Of a DNA stretch of 64,000 nucleotides, positions 20,072 to 30,156 are shown one piece after another. The stretch comes from Acidobacteriota bacterium. GTDB lineage: Bacteria; Acidobacteriota; UBA6911. The stretch spans positions 2,624,001 through 2,688,000 of the forward strand of contig OY761556.1 of the NCBI GenBank assembly GCA_963664705.1, written 5' to 3'. The translations under genes were made by a program, and so were the position numbers. The notes below the pieces were generated by a model. The model saw only the letters and a program-made list of their open reading frames with translations, was not told the origin of the DNA and made no database searches. The first letter of the stretch is position 1. Each line of letters opens with the position of its first letter.

Positions 20072-20644
20072 TCAGTACAAGCGGAACCAGGAAGTCCCGG
20101 GGTTAAAGATCACCACCGGTTTCCTGTCGCCTTTTGCCACATTTAGTGAAAGCCAGCATTCCAACACATCCCCTGAACGAAGCACTGGACCCCGTCCTGT
20201 CTGCGCGGTCAGAATCGCCGGCTCTTCATAGGGTTTTCGGTCTTCGGAAAAGGCGCTAAACTGCATTCCTTTTACTTCCCAGGGCTTATCCCCGGGAGCA
20301 CCACGCGCTTTGTATTCAAACCGGACACGTGCAAGAACCGGCTCCGAATCCTGTTTTGCCTGCACACCGGACTTACCAAACTTCTTCAGCACTTCGACGC
20401 ACGCCTCACCCCGAACAATCTCGGCCACCGCTATTTTGAGGTCATAGGTCTCGGGCGAAACATACATATCACTGAGTTCAACGATGGTCGACACGGTTGT
20501 TCCAACCAATGCCGCATCTTCGGAGGAAATGCCTGTCCCTGGTTTCTCTTGTTTTGCCGGTTCTGATTTTTCAGAACAGCCGGTCAGAGCGACCAGGGTT
20601 ATAGTCAAGATGCAAGTGCAAATCGCTGGGAATCGCATTGGCAA
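20072..20644 (-). CDS. DUF4352-like lipoprotein partner, paralog of 11433..11999
   Basis: Lipobox LTGC; YDLKIAVAEIVRGE, PVLARVRFE and ECWLSLNV...PVVIFNP...LY. Confidence 0.7.
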   Translation of the reverse strand: MPMRFPAICTCILTITLVALTGCSEKSEPAKQEKPGTGISSEDAALVGTTVSTIVELSDMYVSPETYDLKIAVAEIVRGEACVEVLKKFGKSGVQAKQDSEPVLARVRFEYKARGAPGDKPWEVKGMQFSAFSEDRKPYEEPAILTAQTGRGPVLRSGDVLECWLSLNVAKGDRKPVVIFNPGTSWFRLY

Positions 20645-20648
20645 ACCT

Positions 20649-22409
20649 CTATTTCCATTTATCTATGGATGCACTGGCCAGATATCTAAAATCGCCCGCA
20701 TACCAGTAGGGATTGGTCTCGCCACCAACCACGACGATCTCCACCCCTGCTTTTGGGCTAAAAAGCGGCAGGGGAGAATCGGATTCCGGCGCTCGTCTCA
20801 AAAGAGAGGCATATGGCTGAACTCCCGCCTTAGCCTTATTCAGATAATCCGGCATAGCGTTCCAGTAATTCCACATCGTAAAGTGCACATGCTCGGTCAG
20901 CCACTGACTTAGCTTTTCTTTCGTTTCGAAAGCTTCCTCTTCCTGAAGAGCTCTGGCGGTGACCGGATCGACAATCAGTGTTCCTGCCGTCTGGATGTTC
21001 ACCCCTGGAGTATGGTGGGCGCCAGCCCCGCTCATCTCCAACGCCACCATTTGACGCCTCATCAATTCATGATATTTGTCTGGATTATAGGCGCTGTAAT
21101 TCAGGAGCGTCCACCCGTTGAAAACGCTCACAACACTCTCTCTCTGCTTAAAGCCCTTTTGCACATGCAGAGGCTTCCAGCCGGACGGCAAAGCTTCTTC
21201 TTTCTCGGCAAAACATAGGTTGTTGTAATTGTAGTTATTTCCGAATGTCCCAAGATACGTTGTCCCGGCTTTCCCGCCGCCACCGAGGTTTTTGGTGATA
21301 AATGTCCACGTCCTGCCAATCACGGCATTGGCCTCATCGAACGGACCCAAGGCACCTATCCCCATATTCATCTTTAGTTCGTTTCTTATGGGGCCATTGG
21401 TTACCATCATCCGGGCCATGGAGGATGTCGATGAGGGAAGCGAAGCTTGCCCTGTTGCAGCCAAAGCCAGGATGACCGGGAGGTGTTTCGGTTGGGCACC
21501 TGCCATCACGGCATTGACGGCAACCATTTCGACCGTATACTTCCAGGGCGCCTGCGCGGGCGAGGGCATCATCTGACCGACGATTTCATCGGGCTTGTGG
21601 CTCGTCCCTTTAAGCATTTCTAAAACTCTCTGTTCGGTGGGGAGTGCTATCATGAGCCCATCGGTCCAACCGTTTTCTACAAACTGGTGCTCCAGGTTCT
21701 GAACTGTATCCGGTTTCAGCAACCTTTCCCGTGGCTTTTCAACGAATCCAGTCTTCTTGTCTTCCTCCGATAACGGTTTGGTTAAAGCTGCTACGATCTC
21801 GTCAATAACGGGCTTCCCAGTCAACGGATCGCTCCCCTCAATGTATTTTCGGCACTCTTCCGCGGACTTATTCGAAACCGGGTGATGAATAAAGGTAAAC
21901 CGTTCACGCGGCATTCCTTTGCTGATGGCAGTTGCCTCTGCAACCTCTTGAAATCGTCCAGTGACAATAGGGGCTACAGGCACTCCGAGTTTTTCGACCG
22001 TAATAGCATGGCTGGCGACCGCCGGCGTACAGCTGCTTCAATGGCCAACGCCAATGATCATTCCCTGCGCATTCGCTTTGATTTCCTCCCACAGTTTCGG
22101 ATCATCGTCAAAGTAGGTGCCCGCCTTGCTTTTAACCACCCATTTGGTTTTGGGATACTTTTCCGAAAATACTTTTTGAATTTCCTCGAATAACTGGTGC
22201 GTCAGTGGATACATCACGTCCACGATGTATATAGTCTTCCCTTCCAGCGTATCCATCCGAGGCGCCATTGGAAGCAACGGAGTTGGGGAAGGTGCGCCGA
22301 CCGGATTCAGGACAGTTATCGTCTTCTGTTCGGGGTTTTGAGTGCAGGCAACGAACAGACAGGTAAGAAGACAGATTCCAATTTGCAGCCAACCCATGCT
22401 CTTTTTCAC
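20649..22409 (-). CDS. Lipoprotein UGSC-type (GrdB/PrdB-like) selenoprotein 2; in-frame UGA at 22040-22038 (GH-U-SSC)
   Basis: ORFs 22038..22409 and 20649..21983 are in frame. Read-through gives IIGVGH-U-SSCTPAVASHAITVEKLGVP. GTG start with RBS AAGGAGG; lipobox FVAC; SECIS-like hairpin. Confidence 0.85.
22005..22034 (-). other. Bacterial SECIS-like hairpin 2
   Basis: AGC-tgtac-GC-c-GGC(GGTC)GCC-a-GC-cat-GCT; GGUC loop starts 17 nt after the UGA, the same register as hairpin 1. Confidence 0.7.
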
Positions 22410-22463
22410 GGTCTATCCTCCTTTTAGGGATGCCTCAGTCACCACAACGGCTCGTAAGGAATG

Positions 22464-24116
22464 CTACTTCCAGGGCTTTTCCGCAGCAGCATTTTCACCG
22501 GCGATGCGGCCAAATGCTATCGCTTCCGGAATGTTGCTCCCACCCGGGTATAAAAATCCGAAGAACGAACCGAATTCGCCGGCGGAATAGAGCCTTGGAA
22601 TAGGTTTGTTGTCCTTGTTAAGCGTTTGCGCCCTTCCGTTATGTTTGGGGCCACCCTGCGTATTGGTAACAGTAAGTGCCAATTCCGCCGCATAGTACGG
22701 CGGGCTGGATACAGGAAACAGATTTTCGGGACGACGCTTGAAGTCAGGATCATTACCGGACTGGCAGTATCCATTGTATTTCGATACGGTTGTTTCAAGC
22801 CCGGCTGAATCGATCCCCATCTTTGATGCAAGTTCCTTGATCGTATCCGCTTTCAGAACCCAGCCCTTTTCAATTTCTGCAGTGTTATCCGAACTCCATT
22901 CCACAACCTTGTGAACATGATTCCATTGGAAGGTATTTTTCGGAACCAATGCCTGTTTCGCGCGATAGGCTTCATCAAAGATGATATAGAAGGGCTGATT
23001 GGGGTATTCGACCCTCTCATGGTCAAAGTAGGTTAATTCCAGCGATTCCTTAATATGCGTCAGACTTTTGGTATCGTTCATGAATCGCTTGCCGTATTTG
23101 TTTACAAGGATGTAATTACCCGGAACACCGGCATTGGTGCAAATCCCTGCCATGACCGAGATACCGAATTTCTCGCTGGGAGCTTTGACGCAGGGGCCGT
23201 CCCATTCGAGATTGCAGGTATGCCAAAGCGGAGCGCCAACCTCGGACATCATTTTGATGCCATCCCCCGTATTGTAGGGACTCCCCCAAGGATATATTTT
23301 GATTCCAGGGAAATTGAAGTATACCTGCATCTCGTAATTGGCTTCGTAGCCACCGCATGCAAGCACGACCGCCTTTCTGGCCTTTACATAAATCTGCCTG
23401 CCGTTCTGCTCCGCCACAACCCCCAGGATGGATTTATCTGCCGGATTTTGAACCAGTTCTTTTGCAGGAGTTTCATATAAGACGTCAATGCTCCTATTCT
23501 GCAGGCAGGTTTTGTGAGCCAGATACAGTTCCTTCCCAGTTCCCATGCGGGCATAGCCTTTTGGCGGCACGATTGCGTATATCCTGTTGCCTCCCGCGCC
23601 TGGCAGCAAACTGAGGCCCGAAGGCACCCGAACCGGCGCAGCCGATGCCGGCTTGTTTGCGGGCTTAGCCGAACCCATTTGGACCGGTGCAGTATCTATA
23701 CCGATTTTTTTTAGCTGCGCCGGAACTTGCAGCATTGCTTCCGCCATATCAGCGACAAGATCTTCGGGAACAGTCCCAAAGGCAAGGGCCCGATAATACT
23801 TTCTGGCATCCTCGATGTCTGACGGTATCGACATCCCCCCACCGGAAACCGATGAATTTCCGCCTGCAAATTGCTCCGGCGCTTTTTCAAGGATCAGAGT
23901 TTTCGCACCTGCATCATGGCTGGCAATCGCGGCATTACATCCGGCATACCCGGCACCCACTACCACAACATCCGCTTCACGATCCCATTTTGGAGGAAGC
24001 CAGGGCCGAGAGCCATTGCCCGAAGCGGCGTTACCGCTCACATTCCCAACGAACACTGCGGCTGCAATCCCCGTGGTACTGCTGCGAACAAAGCGCCTGC
24101 GTGTCAGTGAACTCAT
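22464..24116 (-). CDS. Tat-exported FAD-binding flavoprotein (FAD_binding_2; flavin reductase/TcuA/KstD-like)
   Basis: TRRRFVR Tat motif, VVVVGAGYAG, GGNSSVSGG, AVVLACGGY, NTGDG, GKRFMND, NTQGG and IPRLYSAGE. Confidence 0.88.
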   Translation of the reverse strand: MSSLTRRRFVRSSTTGIAAAVFVGNVSGNAASGNGSRPWLPPKWDREADVVVVGAGYAGCNAAIASHDAGAKTLILEKAPEQFAGGNSSVSGGGMSIPSDIEDARKYYRALAFGTVPEDLVADMAEAMLQVPAQLKKIGIDTAPVQMGSAKPANKPASAAPVRVPSGLSLLPGAGGNRIYAIVPPKGYARMGTGKELYLAHKTCLQNRSIDVLYETPAKELVQNPADKSILGVVAEQNGRQIYVKARKAVVLACGGYEANYEMQVYFNFPGIKIYPWGSPYNTGDGIKMMSEVGAPLWHTCNLEWDGPCVKAPSEKFGISVMAGICTNAGVPGNYILVNKYGKRFMNDTKSLTHIKESLELTYFDHERVEYPNQPFYIIFDEAYRAKQALVPKNTFQWNHVHKVVEWSSDNTAEIEKGWVLKADTIKELASKMGIDSAGLETTVSKYNGYCQSGNDPDFKRRPENLFPVSSPPYYAAELALTVTNTQGGPKHNGRAQTLNKDNKPIPRLYSAGEFGSFFGFLYPGGSNIPEAIAFGRIAGENAAAEKPWK

Positions 24117-24509
24117 GGTTTTATCCTTTCGAGTCTTTCAGTTCCCTGCAAACTACTCCGACGATCATCCGCTCAGTCCGGCATCTGTGGCTGCAGGTCG
24201 GCGCGCAGAAGCCATCGCCGGCGGCGGTAGCCTCCCGTTGACAACAAGCAATCTTCCAGGTCTCCCCCTGCTTTGGGCCTGTTTTGTTGGCAGCGAGTTC
24301 GAACGTAGTGCTACGGCATTCCCAAATTGCGGCCCTGGCATGGATCGAAGCCAAGTGGCCGAATGAGGAATCCATGAACGATTCGACCCTCTTCCCCAAA
24401 TTCTCCGCCACATTTGATATATGTGAGTGATTCAGTGCGCGTCCTCAGTCTGGCGACTATTCGCAACGGAGATTAATATATCATAATTTTCACATGTGGA
24501 ATAACCATG

Positions 24510-24527
24510 TGTCACATTTATGTGACA
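24510..24527. promoter_or_regulatory. Operator TGTCACA-N4-TGTGACA (copy 2)
   Basis: TGTCACATTTATGTGACA between the divergent flavoprotein/selenoprotein operon and TonB receptor 1. Confidence 0.8.
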
Positions 24528-24533
24528 TATCTC

Positions 24534-24563
24534 TTGACAATGCGTCCGCACATCGCGTAGCTT
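24534..24563 (+). promoter_or_regulatory. Sigma70-type promoter for TonB receptor 1
   Basis: TTGACA-N18-TAGCTT, 6 bp after the operator. Confidence 0.65.
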
Positions 24564-24845
24564 AAAATCACTGTCAGTAGCGACTGGAGCCCTTGAGAAG
24601 GGGCCCCTGTAGTGGATAGGTCTTTTCAAGCAGATTTAGTATTCCCCAGATTGTAGAAATTTGCATGTTGCCTCGGGACGTTGTTGTCCAAAGAGGGTAA
24701 GCTGCCACCGGCGTTAGAGTGGGAGCCCTCTCAAAGGAAGCAGTTTGTTCACGAGGCGCAGCTGTCTAAACAGGTTGGCTGATATACCAAACCGGCCGGT
24801 ATTTTTGTGCGTCTGTTCAATTGCAGGCGCTAGGGGGTGTTGCCC

Positions 24846-27800
24846 ATGCGTTCAAGTAGGTGCTTGATTGCAGTTGCTTGCCTTATCCTCGTAGCAGTCC
24901 CGGCTTTGTGCCAAAGCGACCGAGGTACCATAACCGGGACCATTTCGGATCCCGCCGGCGCTATGATTTCGAATGCCCCGATTGAAGCCAAGAACACACA
25001 AACAGGAGCTGTTTATCAGACTGTCAGTTCCACCACAGGCAATTTCACTCTACCCCAACTGCCTGTCGGAGTTTATCAACTGACTGCGACGCAACCTGGA
25101 TTTAAGCAGTATTCGCGAACCGGAATCACGGTCATGGTTGCGCAGACTCTTCGCATTGATATTCCGCTGGAAGTCGGAAACATCAGCGAAACCGTTTCAG
25201 TGAGCGCGGATGCTCCCCTCCTGAAAACGGAGAGCGGAGAGCTGAGTCACAATGTCACAGCTGAACGTATGGAGAGCCTTCCCTTAGTGGGATTTTCCAC
25301 CGTCCTGCGCGATCCATTAGCCGTTATGGCACTCATCCCGGGCACGCTGTACCAGAACAGAAACTGGTTTCGCGTCAATGGAGCTCCTTCAGCTACGCTG
25401 AGCATGCGCGTGGAAGGTATGGAGGCCACCAATGGAATGCTGGCACAGAGCACTGGGATGAATCAACAAAGCATGGCTGCAATCGAGGAGTATGCGATTC
25501 AGACCAGCAACTATGCCGCTGAGTATGGACAGGCCGGCGGTGGTTATATCAACATGACCATGAAGTCCGGCACCAACAACTATCATGGGAGTGCGTACGA
25601 TTACTTTTCCAATGAGGCCCTCAACGCCGCGCAGCCCTATGTGAACACCAAACCGCGCGTGCGCAGAAACGACTTTGGGTTCACGCTTGGAGGCCCCGTA
25701 TACATCCCAGGCATTTATAACGGCCACGACAAGACGTTCTTCTTTTTCAACTTCGAGGAATACCGCGAGCAAACGCGATATAACAATACTACCTACACGA
25801 TGCCGACAGACGCCTACCGCAACGGTGATTTTCGCCAGGCTTTGACCGGCAAGAATCTATGTGGACCAGATAATTTGAGCACGCCACAGGATGAATCGAA
25901 ATGCGATCCGCTGGGCCGCACCATTATGGAAGGCACAATCTACGATCCGCAGACCGAACGCCTCGTCAACGGTGTGCGCGTTCGAGATCCGTTCCAGTAC
26001 CAGGGGGTCCTTAATACAATTGATCCGGCCCGATTCGATCCGGTTGCGGTCAATATCCAGAAATTTATTCCACTGACTACGAATTCGGGTATAACCAACA
26101 ACTATCTGCATGTATGGGATAGTCCCAATATTCGATGGATTCCAGGCTTCAAGATCGATCACAACATAGGCAGCCGCTCCAAGCTGGCATTCTTCTGGTC
26201 TGCAACACATAACAATCAAATTCAGGCCCCCGGGCCTCCGGGAGGGGACGGCATTCCAACGGAAGCCTCTACTGCAAGGCAAACGCTCCAAAATGCATAT
26301 TTGACACATCTGAGCTTTGATCAGACGCTCACCCCAACCATGGTGCTTCATCTGGGCACCGGCGTTCAGAGTTTGATTTTCGAGGACCCGGCGGCCAATA
26401 CCCACTTCGACCAGCAAAAAGAGCTCGGCCTCCCAGGATCGCTGTACACCGTCTTCCCATTCATTTCGGGACTCTCGGCGGCTCGCGGCGGCATGTCGGC
26501 ACGATCTGTTACGGTGCCGACAGGCAACATGGGACCTTTCATGCAAACCCGCTCTGTTATGTTCAAGCCCGCCGCAAATGTCAGCCTCACCTGGGTAAAA
26601 CAAAACCACACCTACAAGTTCGGTGCGGAAGGGCGTTGGGAAAAATTTCCCACCATCCTCTATTACCCCTCCTACGGTGGATACAACTTCAGTGCCGACC
26701 AGACCGGGCTTCCCTCAACTCTGGGGCAGAATTTGGGGGGCGGCACAGTCGGATTCCCGTACGCGAGTTTCCTCCTGGGGCTCGTTGCAGATGGCAATAC
26801 CGGAGTTGCCAGCGCTCCCCGGCTGGCCAAATCGGCATGGTCTATGTTTGCTCAAGACACCTGGAAAGTGACCCGCAAATTCACGCTTGACTATGGATTA
26901 AGGTGGGATTACCAGGATTACTTTAAGGATTCGCAGGGCCGCGTTGCAAGTTTCTCGCCCACCACGCCGAATCCTTCAGCGGGCGGCCTGATGGGAGCCG
27001 TGATCTATGAAGGCCCCGGAACTGGGCATTGCAACTGTGACTTCGCGCGGGTTTATCCTTTCGCATTTGGCCCTCGATTGGGAGCCGCCTATCAGATAAC
27101 GCCCAAAACAGTCCTGCGCATGGGGATAGGCATTTCTTACGGGCAAACGGCAAGCGAGAGTCAGACATCGTGGAAAGTTGGAGCCAATAACCCGTATAAA
27201 AATCCTGAGTTCGGCACGGCGGCGGGTCTTTTGCGCAATGGCATGCCAACTCCGCCTTCGTGGCCCATCTTAAACGCCGGGTTGTATCCCCGTGCGGGTA
27301 CGCTCAGCGCGCCCCCGGTTGCCATCGATCGCAACGCCGGTCGGCCGCCGAGGCAGATACAATGGAGTATAGGAATTCAGCGCGAGATCTTTGCCAACCT
27401 TGCCGTGGAAGCCTCTTATGTCGGCAACCGCGGTGCCTGGTGGGAAGCAAACGAACTGATCAATGTCGACGCGCTGACACCTGAACGGATTGCCGCGGCC
27501 GGGCTCGATGTTACCAGCGCGGCAGACCGACTTCTGTTGACCTCTCCGCTGAATTCAACGCTGGCAGCGCAACGCGGCTTCAACAAGGCGCCCTACGTGG
27601 GTTTTCCGATGACGGCTACGGTGGCCCAATCGCTGCGCCCGTTCCCGCAATTTCAGGGCTCGGCCAACAATGTACCGGCAGTCTCCTATCTCTGGGCTCC
27701 TCTCGGCAGAACCTGGTATGACTCGCTGCAGGTAAAGGTAACCAAGCGCTTTTCCCAGGGGTTGGATCTCACCAGCACATTTACCTGGCAGAAAGAGTTG

Positions 27801-28502
27801 ACCATGGGCGCGGAACAGGTGGGGAGTTCGACCGGATCGAGCGGCGCGTCGGTAAACGATGTATTCAACCGGGGCTCGAACAAATACATCTCCATGCTTT
27901 CCCGCCCCTTCGTTTCTGTAACTGCACTCAATTACACCCTGCCGAAATTGAATATCAACCGATTTTTGTCCATGGCAATCCGGGATTGGACGTTCGGCGC
28001 ATCGCTGCAATACGCAAGCGGCTTGCCGATCAAGGCTCCAGTAGCTCAATCCTCGCTCAGCTCAGTGCTCTTCCGGGATACCTTTGCCAATCGGGTTTCG
28101 GGACAGCCCCTCTTCCTTAAGAACCCCAATTGTCATTGTGTCAACCCGTACCAAGACTTAATTCTTAATCCCAGCGCCTGGGCCGATCCGGCTGCCGGGA
28201 CATTTGGCTCCGGGGCTGCCTATTACAATGATTATCGTCAACAGCGCCGACCCGGGGAATCCATGAGTCTTGGGCGGACCTTCCGGATTAGGGAAGGTGC
28301 TTCATTGAACATCCGCGCGGATTTTCAAAACATATTCAACCGCACGGAGATGAATAGTCCAACATCAACCAACGCCAAAGCCTCTACTACGTGGAATGAT
28401 ACTGCCCATACGATCCTCGCTTCGGGCTTTGGATATGTCAATCCGGCCAGCGTGGCCGCTGCTCCCAGAGCAGGGATGATCGTCGCCAGTTTCAAGTTTT
28501 AG
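24846..28502 (+). CDS. TonB-dependent receptor with N-terminal carboxypeptidase-regulatory-like domain (Acidobacteria type)
   Basis: Signal peptide; GTITGTISDP.GA, YAAEYG, KSGTN.YHGS, FAQDTWKV...TL.YGLRWDY and GPRLG.AY; C-terminal F. Confidence 0.92.
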   Translation: MRSSRCLIAVACLILVAVPALCQSDRGTITGTISDPAGAMISNAPIEAKNTQTGAVYQTVSSTTGNFTLPQLPVGVYQLTATQPGFKQYSRTGITVMVAQTLRIDIPLEVGNISETVSVSADAPLLKTESGELSHNVTAERMESLPLVGFSTVLRDPLAVMALIPGTLYQNRNWFRVNGAPSATLSMRVEGMEATNGMLAQSTGMNQQSMAAIEEYAIQTSNYAAEYGQAGGGYINMTMKSGTNNYHGSAYDYFSNEALNAAQPYVNTKPRVRRNDFGFTLGGPVYIPGIYNGHDKTFFFFNFEEYREQTRYNNTTYTMPTDAYRNGDFRQALTGKNLCGPDNLSTPQDESKCDPLGRTIMEGTIYDPQTERLVNGVRVRDPFQYQGVLNTIDPARFDPVAVNIQKFIPLTTNSGITNNYLHVWDSPNIRWIPGFKIDHNIGSRSKLAFFWSATHNNQIQAPGPPGGDGIPTEASTARQTLQNAYLTHLSFDQTLTPTMVLHLGTGVQSLIFEDPAANTHFDQQKELGLPGSLYTVFPFISGLSAARGGMSARSVTVPTGNMGPFMQTRSVMFKPAANVSLTWVKQNHTYKFGAEGRWEKFPTILYYPSYGGYNFSADQTGLPSTLGQNLGGGTVGFPYASFLLGLVADGNTGVASAPRLAKSAWSMFAQDTWKVTRKFTLDYGLRWDYQDYFKDSQGRVASFSPTTPNPSAGGLMGAVIYEGPGTGHCNCDFARVYPFAFGPRLGAAYQITPKTVLRMGIGISYGQTASESQTSWKVGANNPYKNPEFGTAAGLLRNGMPTPPSWPILNAGLYPRAGTLSAPPVAIDRNAGRPPRQIQWSIGIQREIFANLAVEASYVGNRGAWWEANELINVDALTPERIAAAGLDVTSAADRLLLTSPLNSTLAAQRGFNKAPYVGFPMTATVAQSLRPFPQFQGSANNVPAVSYLWAPLGRTWYDSLQVKVTKRFSQGLDLTSTFTWQKELTMGAEQVGSSTGSSGASVNDVFNRGSNKYISMLSRPFVSVTALNYTLPKLNINRFLSMAIRDWTFGASLQYASGLPIKAPVAQSSLSSVLFRDTFANRVSGQPLFLKNPNCHCVNPYQDLILNPSAWADPAAGTFGSGAAYYNDYRQQRRPGESMSLGRTFRIREGASLNIRADFQNIFNRTEMNSPTSTNAKASTTWNDTAHTILASGFGYVNPASVAAAPRAGMIVASFKF

Positions 28503-28509
28503 CTATAAT

Positions 28510-28549
28510 CTCCCGGGGAGGCGGGCCGCTGGTTTCGCCGCCCCGGGAG
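28510..28549 (+). terminator. GC-rich hairpin after TonB receptor 1
   Basis: CTCCCGGGG...CCCCGGGAG stem; no T-tract. Confidence 0.45.
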
Positions 28550-28591
28550 CATAAGCCGTATGGTTGTCTTGGCTTTGTACGAGGTTTAAGC

Positions 28592-29041
28592 ATGATCGGA
28601 AATATCCGTATCCGCTCCGTCGCGGTTTTAATAAATCTGACATGGATTCTTTCTGTCTTTGCCCTGGCTGAGGACAAAGATGCTTCTCCAAAATTCCCCA
28701 GCATAAAATGTGAAGAGCTGAAGAAACTGATCGACGATAAGTCGGCCAATATTCTGGTGGTCAGCAATGATCCGCAGGAGTCCTTTAATGAAGGCCATAT
28801 CCCAGGAGCAACCAGTTTCCCCTGGACAGACGATCTCAGGCCGCCCATCACACTCCCCCGCAACAAGACGCTCGTTCTTTATTGTTCATGTGCACACGAG
28901 GAAGATTCGAGTGACATGGCAGCCAAACTGAAAGTTTTTGGGTATCGAAATATAAAGGTACTTGAGGGAGGTTGGCTGCAGTGGCTAAAGCTTAAATATC
29001 CTATCGCGGCGCTTAAAACTCGCAGACCCAATGCACCTTAG
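28592..29041 (+). CDS. Exported single-domain rhodanese-like protein
   Basis: GHIPGA, VLYCSC.HE and KVLEGGW..W; signal peptide. Confidence 0.85.
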   Translation: MIGNIRIRSVAVLINLTWILSVFALAEDKDASPKFPSIKCEELKKLIDDKSANILVVSNDPQESFNEGHIPGATSFPWTDDLRPPITLPRNKTLVLYCSCAHEEDSSDMAAKLKVFGYRNIKVLEGGWLQWLKLKYPIAALKTRRPNAP

Positions 29042-29787
29042 CGCATGCGCTCCTGCAATGCTTCGTTTCCAATGCTCTCGCCCCCTGAATCATTGGTTGA
29101 TGAATCGATAAATTCCGGCGCATGGAATCCAGCTATTGCATAGGGCAGCAGGTGATTAAAACTAGCCTCACCATTGCTGGAATCGCAACGCCTTCCCGAC
29201 ATGGCCATTAGAGCTCCGGGCTGTATCAGCCCAAAAACCAGTGCCCCCATTACAAAATGAAGGCGCCATATTATTGTCTCCTGCGAAAGATAAGGCAAAC
29301 AGGAGTGCAGCGCTTTTACAAACGCTTTATGCACCGGATCCATAGGGGCAAGAGCCTTTTTTGTGTTTTCAACTCCTTCACGAGACATATTGGCAAAGAT
29401 GCCAAGGTGCAGTGACCTGGCATGGGAACTTTCGCGAGCCTGCAGCCATGGGATGAGCCATGCTCTAAGGATTTCCTCAACAGATGGAGCGCGCCCGTTT
29501 TGGGTAATAATTTTCAACTGTTGCATCAGTTCTTGCGACAGCGGAGCCGTGTGAGCACGCAATACTTCGGAGAACAGTGCCCGTTTCCCGCCGAAATAAT
29601 ATCCTACAAGCCCCGAATTAACCCCGGCATGCGCGGCAATTTCCCGGACCGAAACATGTCGGTATTCCTTGGATGAAAACAATTCCTCTGCAGAACGAAG
29701 CAGTCTTTCCCTTGAATTCAGTCGACCGGCATTGTTGTCGCTCTCCGAATTACTCCCACATACAACCTTGGATACAAATTTTGTCAT
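29038..29787 (-). CDS. TetR/AcrR family transcriptional regulator
   Basis: RERLL.SAEELF...Y..VSVREIA..AGVN.GLV.YYFGGK..LF. Confidence 0.92.
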   Translation of the reverse strand: MTKFVSKVVCGSNSESDNNAGRLNSRERLLRSAEELFSSKEYRHVSVREIAAHAGVNSGLVGYYFGGKRALFSEVLRAHTAPLSQELMQQLKIITQNGRAPSVEEILRAWLIPWLQARESSHARSLHLGIFANMSREGVENTKKALAPMDPVHKAFVKALHSCLPYLSQETIIWRLHFVMGALVFGLIQPGALMAMSGRRCDSSNGEASFNHLLPYAIAGFHAPEFIDSSTNDSGGESIGNEALQERMR

Positions 29788-29857
29788 CGTGATGAGTCCA
29801 TTGCTTGGTATAGAAACACTCCGCTTCCACTCTTGCGGCTCTCCAACAAGCCATTAT

Positions 29858-29871
29858 TGTAAACGTTTACT
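29858..29871. promoter_or_regulatory. LacI-family operator upstream of the tetR gene
   Basis: TGTAAACGTTTACT; core GTAAACGTTTAC is a perfect palindrome with central CG, the classical LacI-type site; a LacI gene is adjacent. Confidence 0.65.
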
Positions 29872-30156
29872 ATGCAATATATCACAGGATTCCGAATCAC
29901 TTTCCCCATGATATCCCCATGTTTTATCCTTATTTTATGAGACTCACATTACAATATCCATATCATTTATTTGTTGGTTCGGTGTAATGCCCTATTTGCA
30001 TTGTTTGATCCTCTTGGCAATCGTTTTCCCATCCGGATAAATTTCGCGTCATGCGCCGGCCTGGCAACTGCCCGCTAAAATCGGGCTATCCTGATGTGCC
30101 GATAAAACGCAGAATGGGAACAAGAGCTATAATTTGGATTGAGCTAATAATTGATA

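Noticed and set aside
24121-24413. Short minus-strand ORFs upstream of the flavoprotein
   Set aside because: No RBS or recognisable domain; two overlapping frames are equally implausible
24570-24845. Cobalamin or TPP riboswitch upstream of TonB receptor 1
   Set aside because: Hairpins are present, but no B12-box or TPP core motifs were seen
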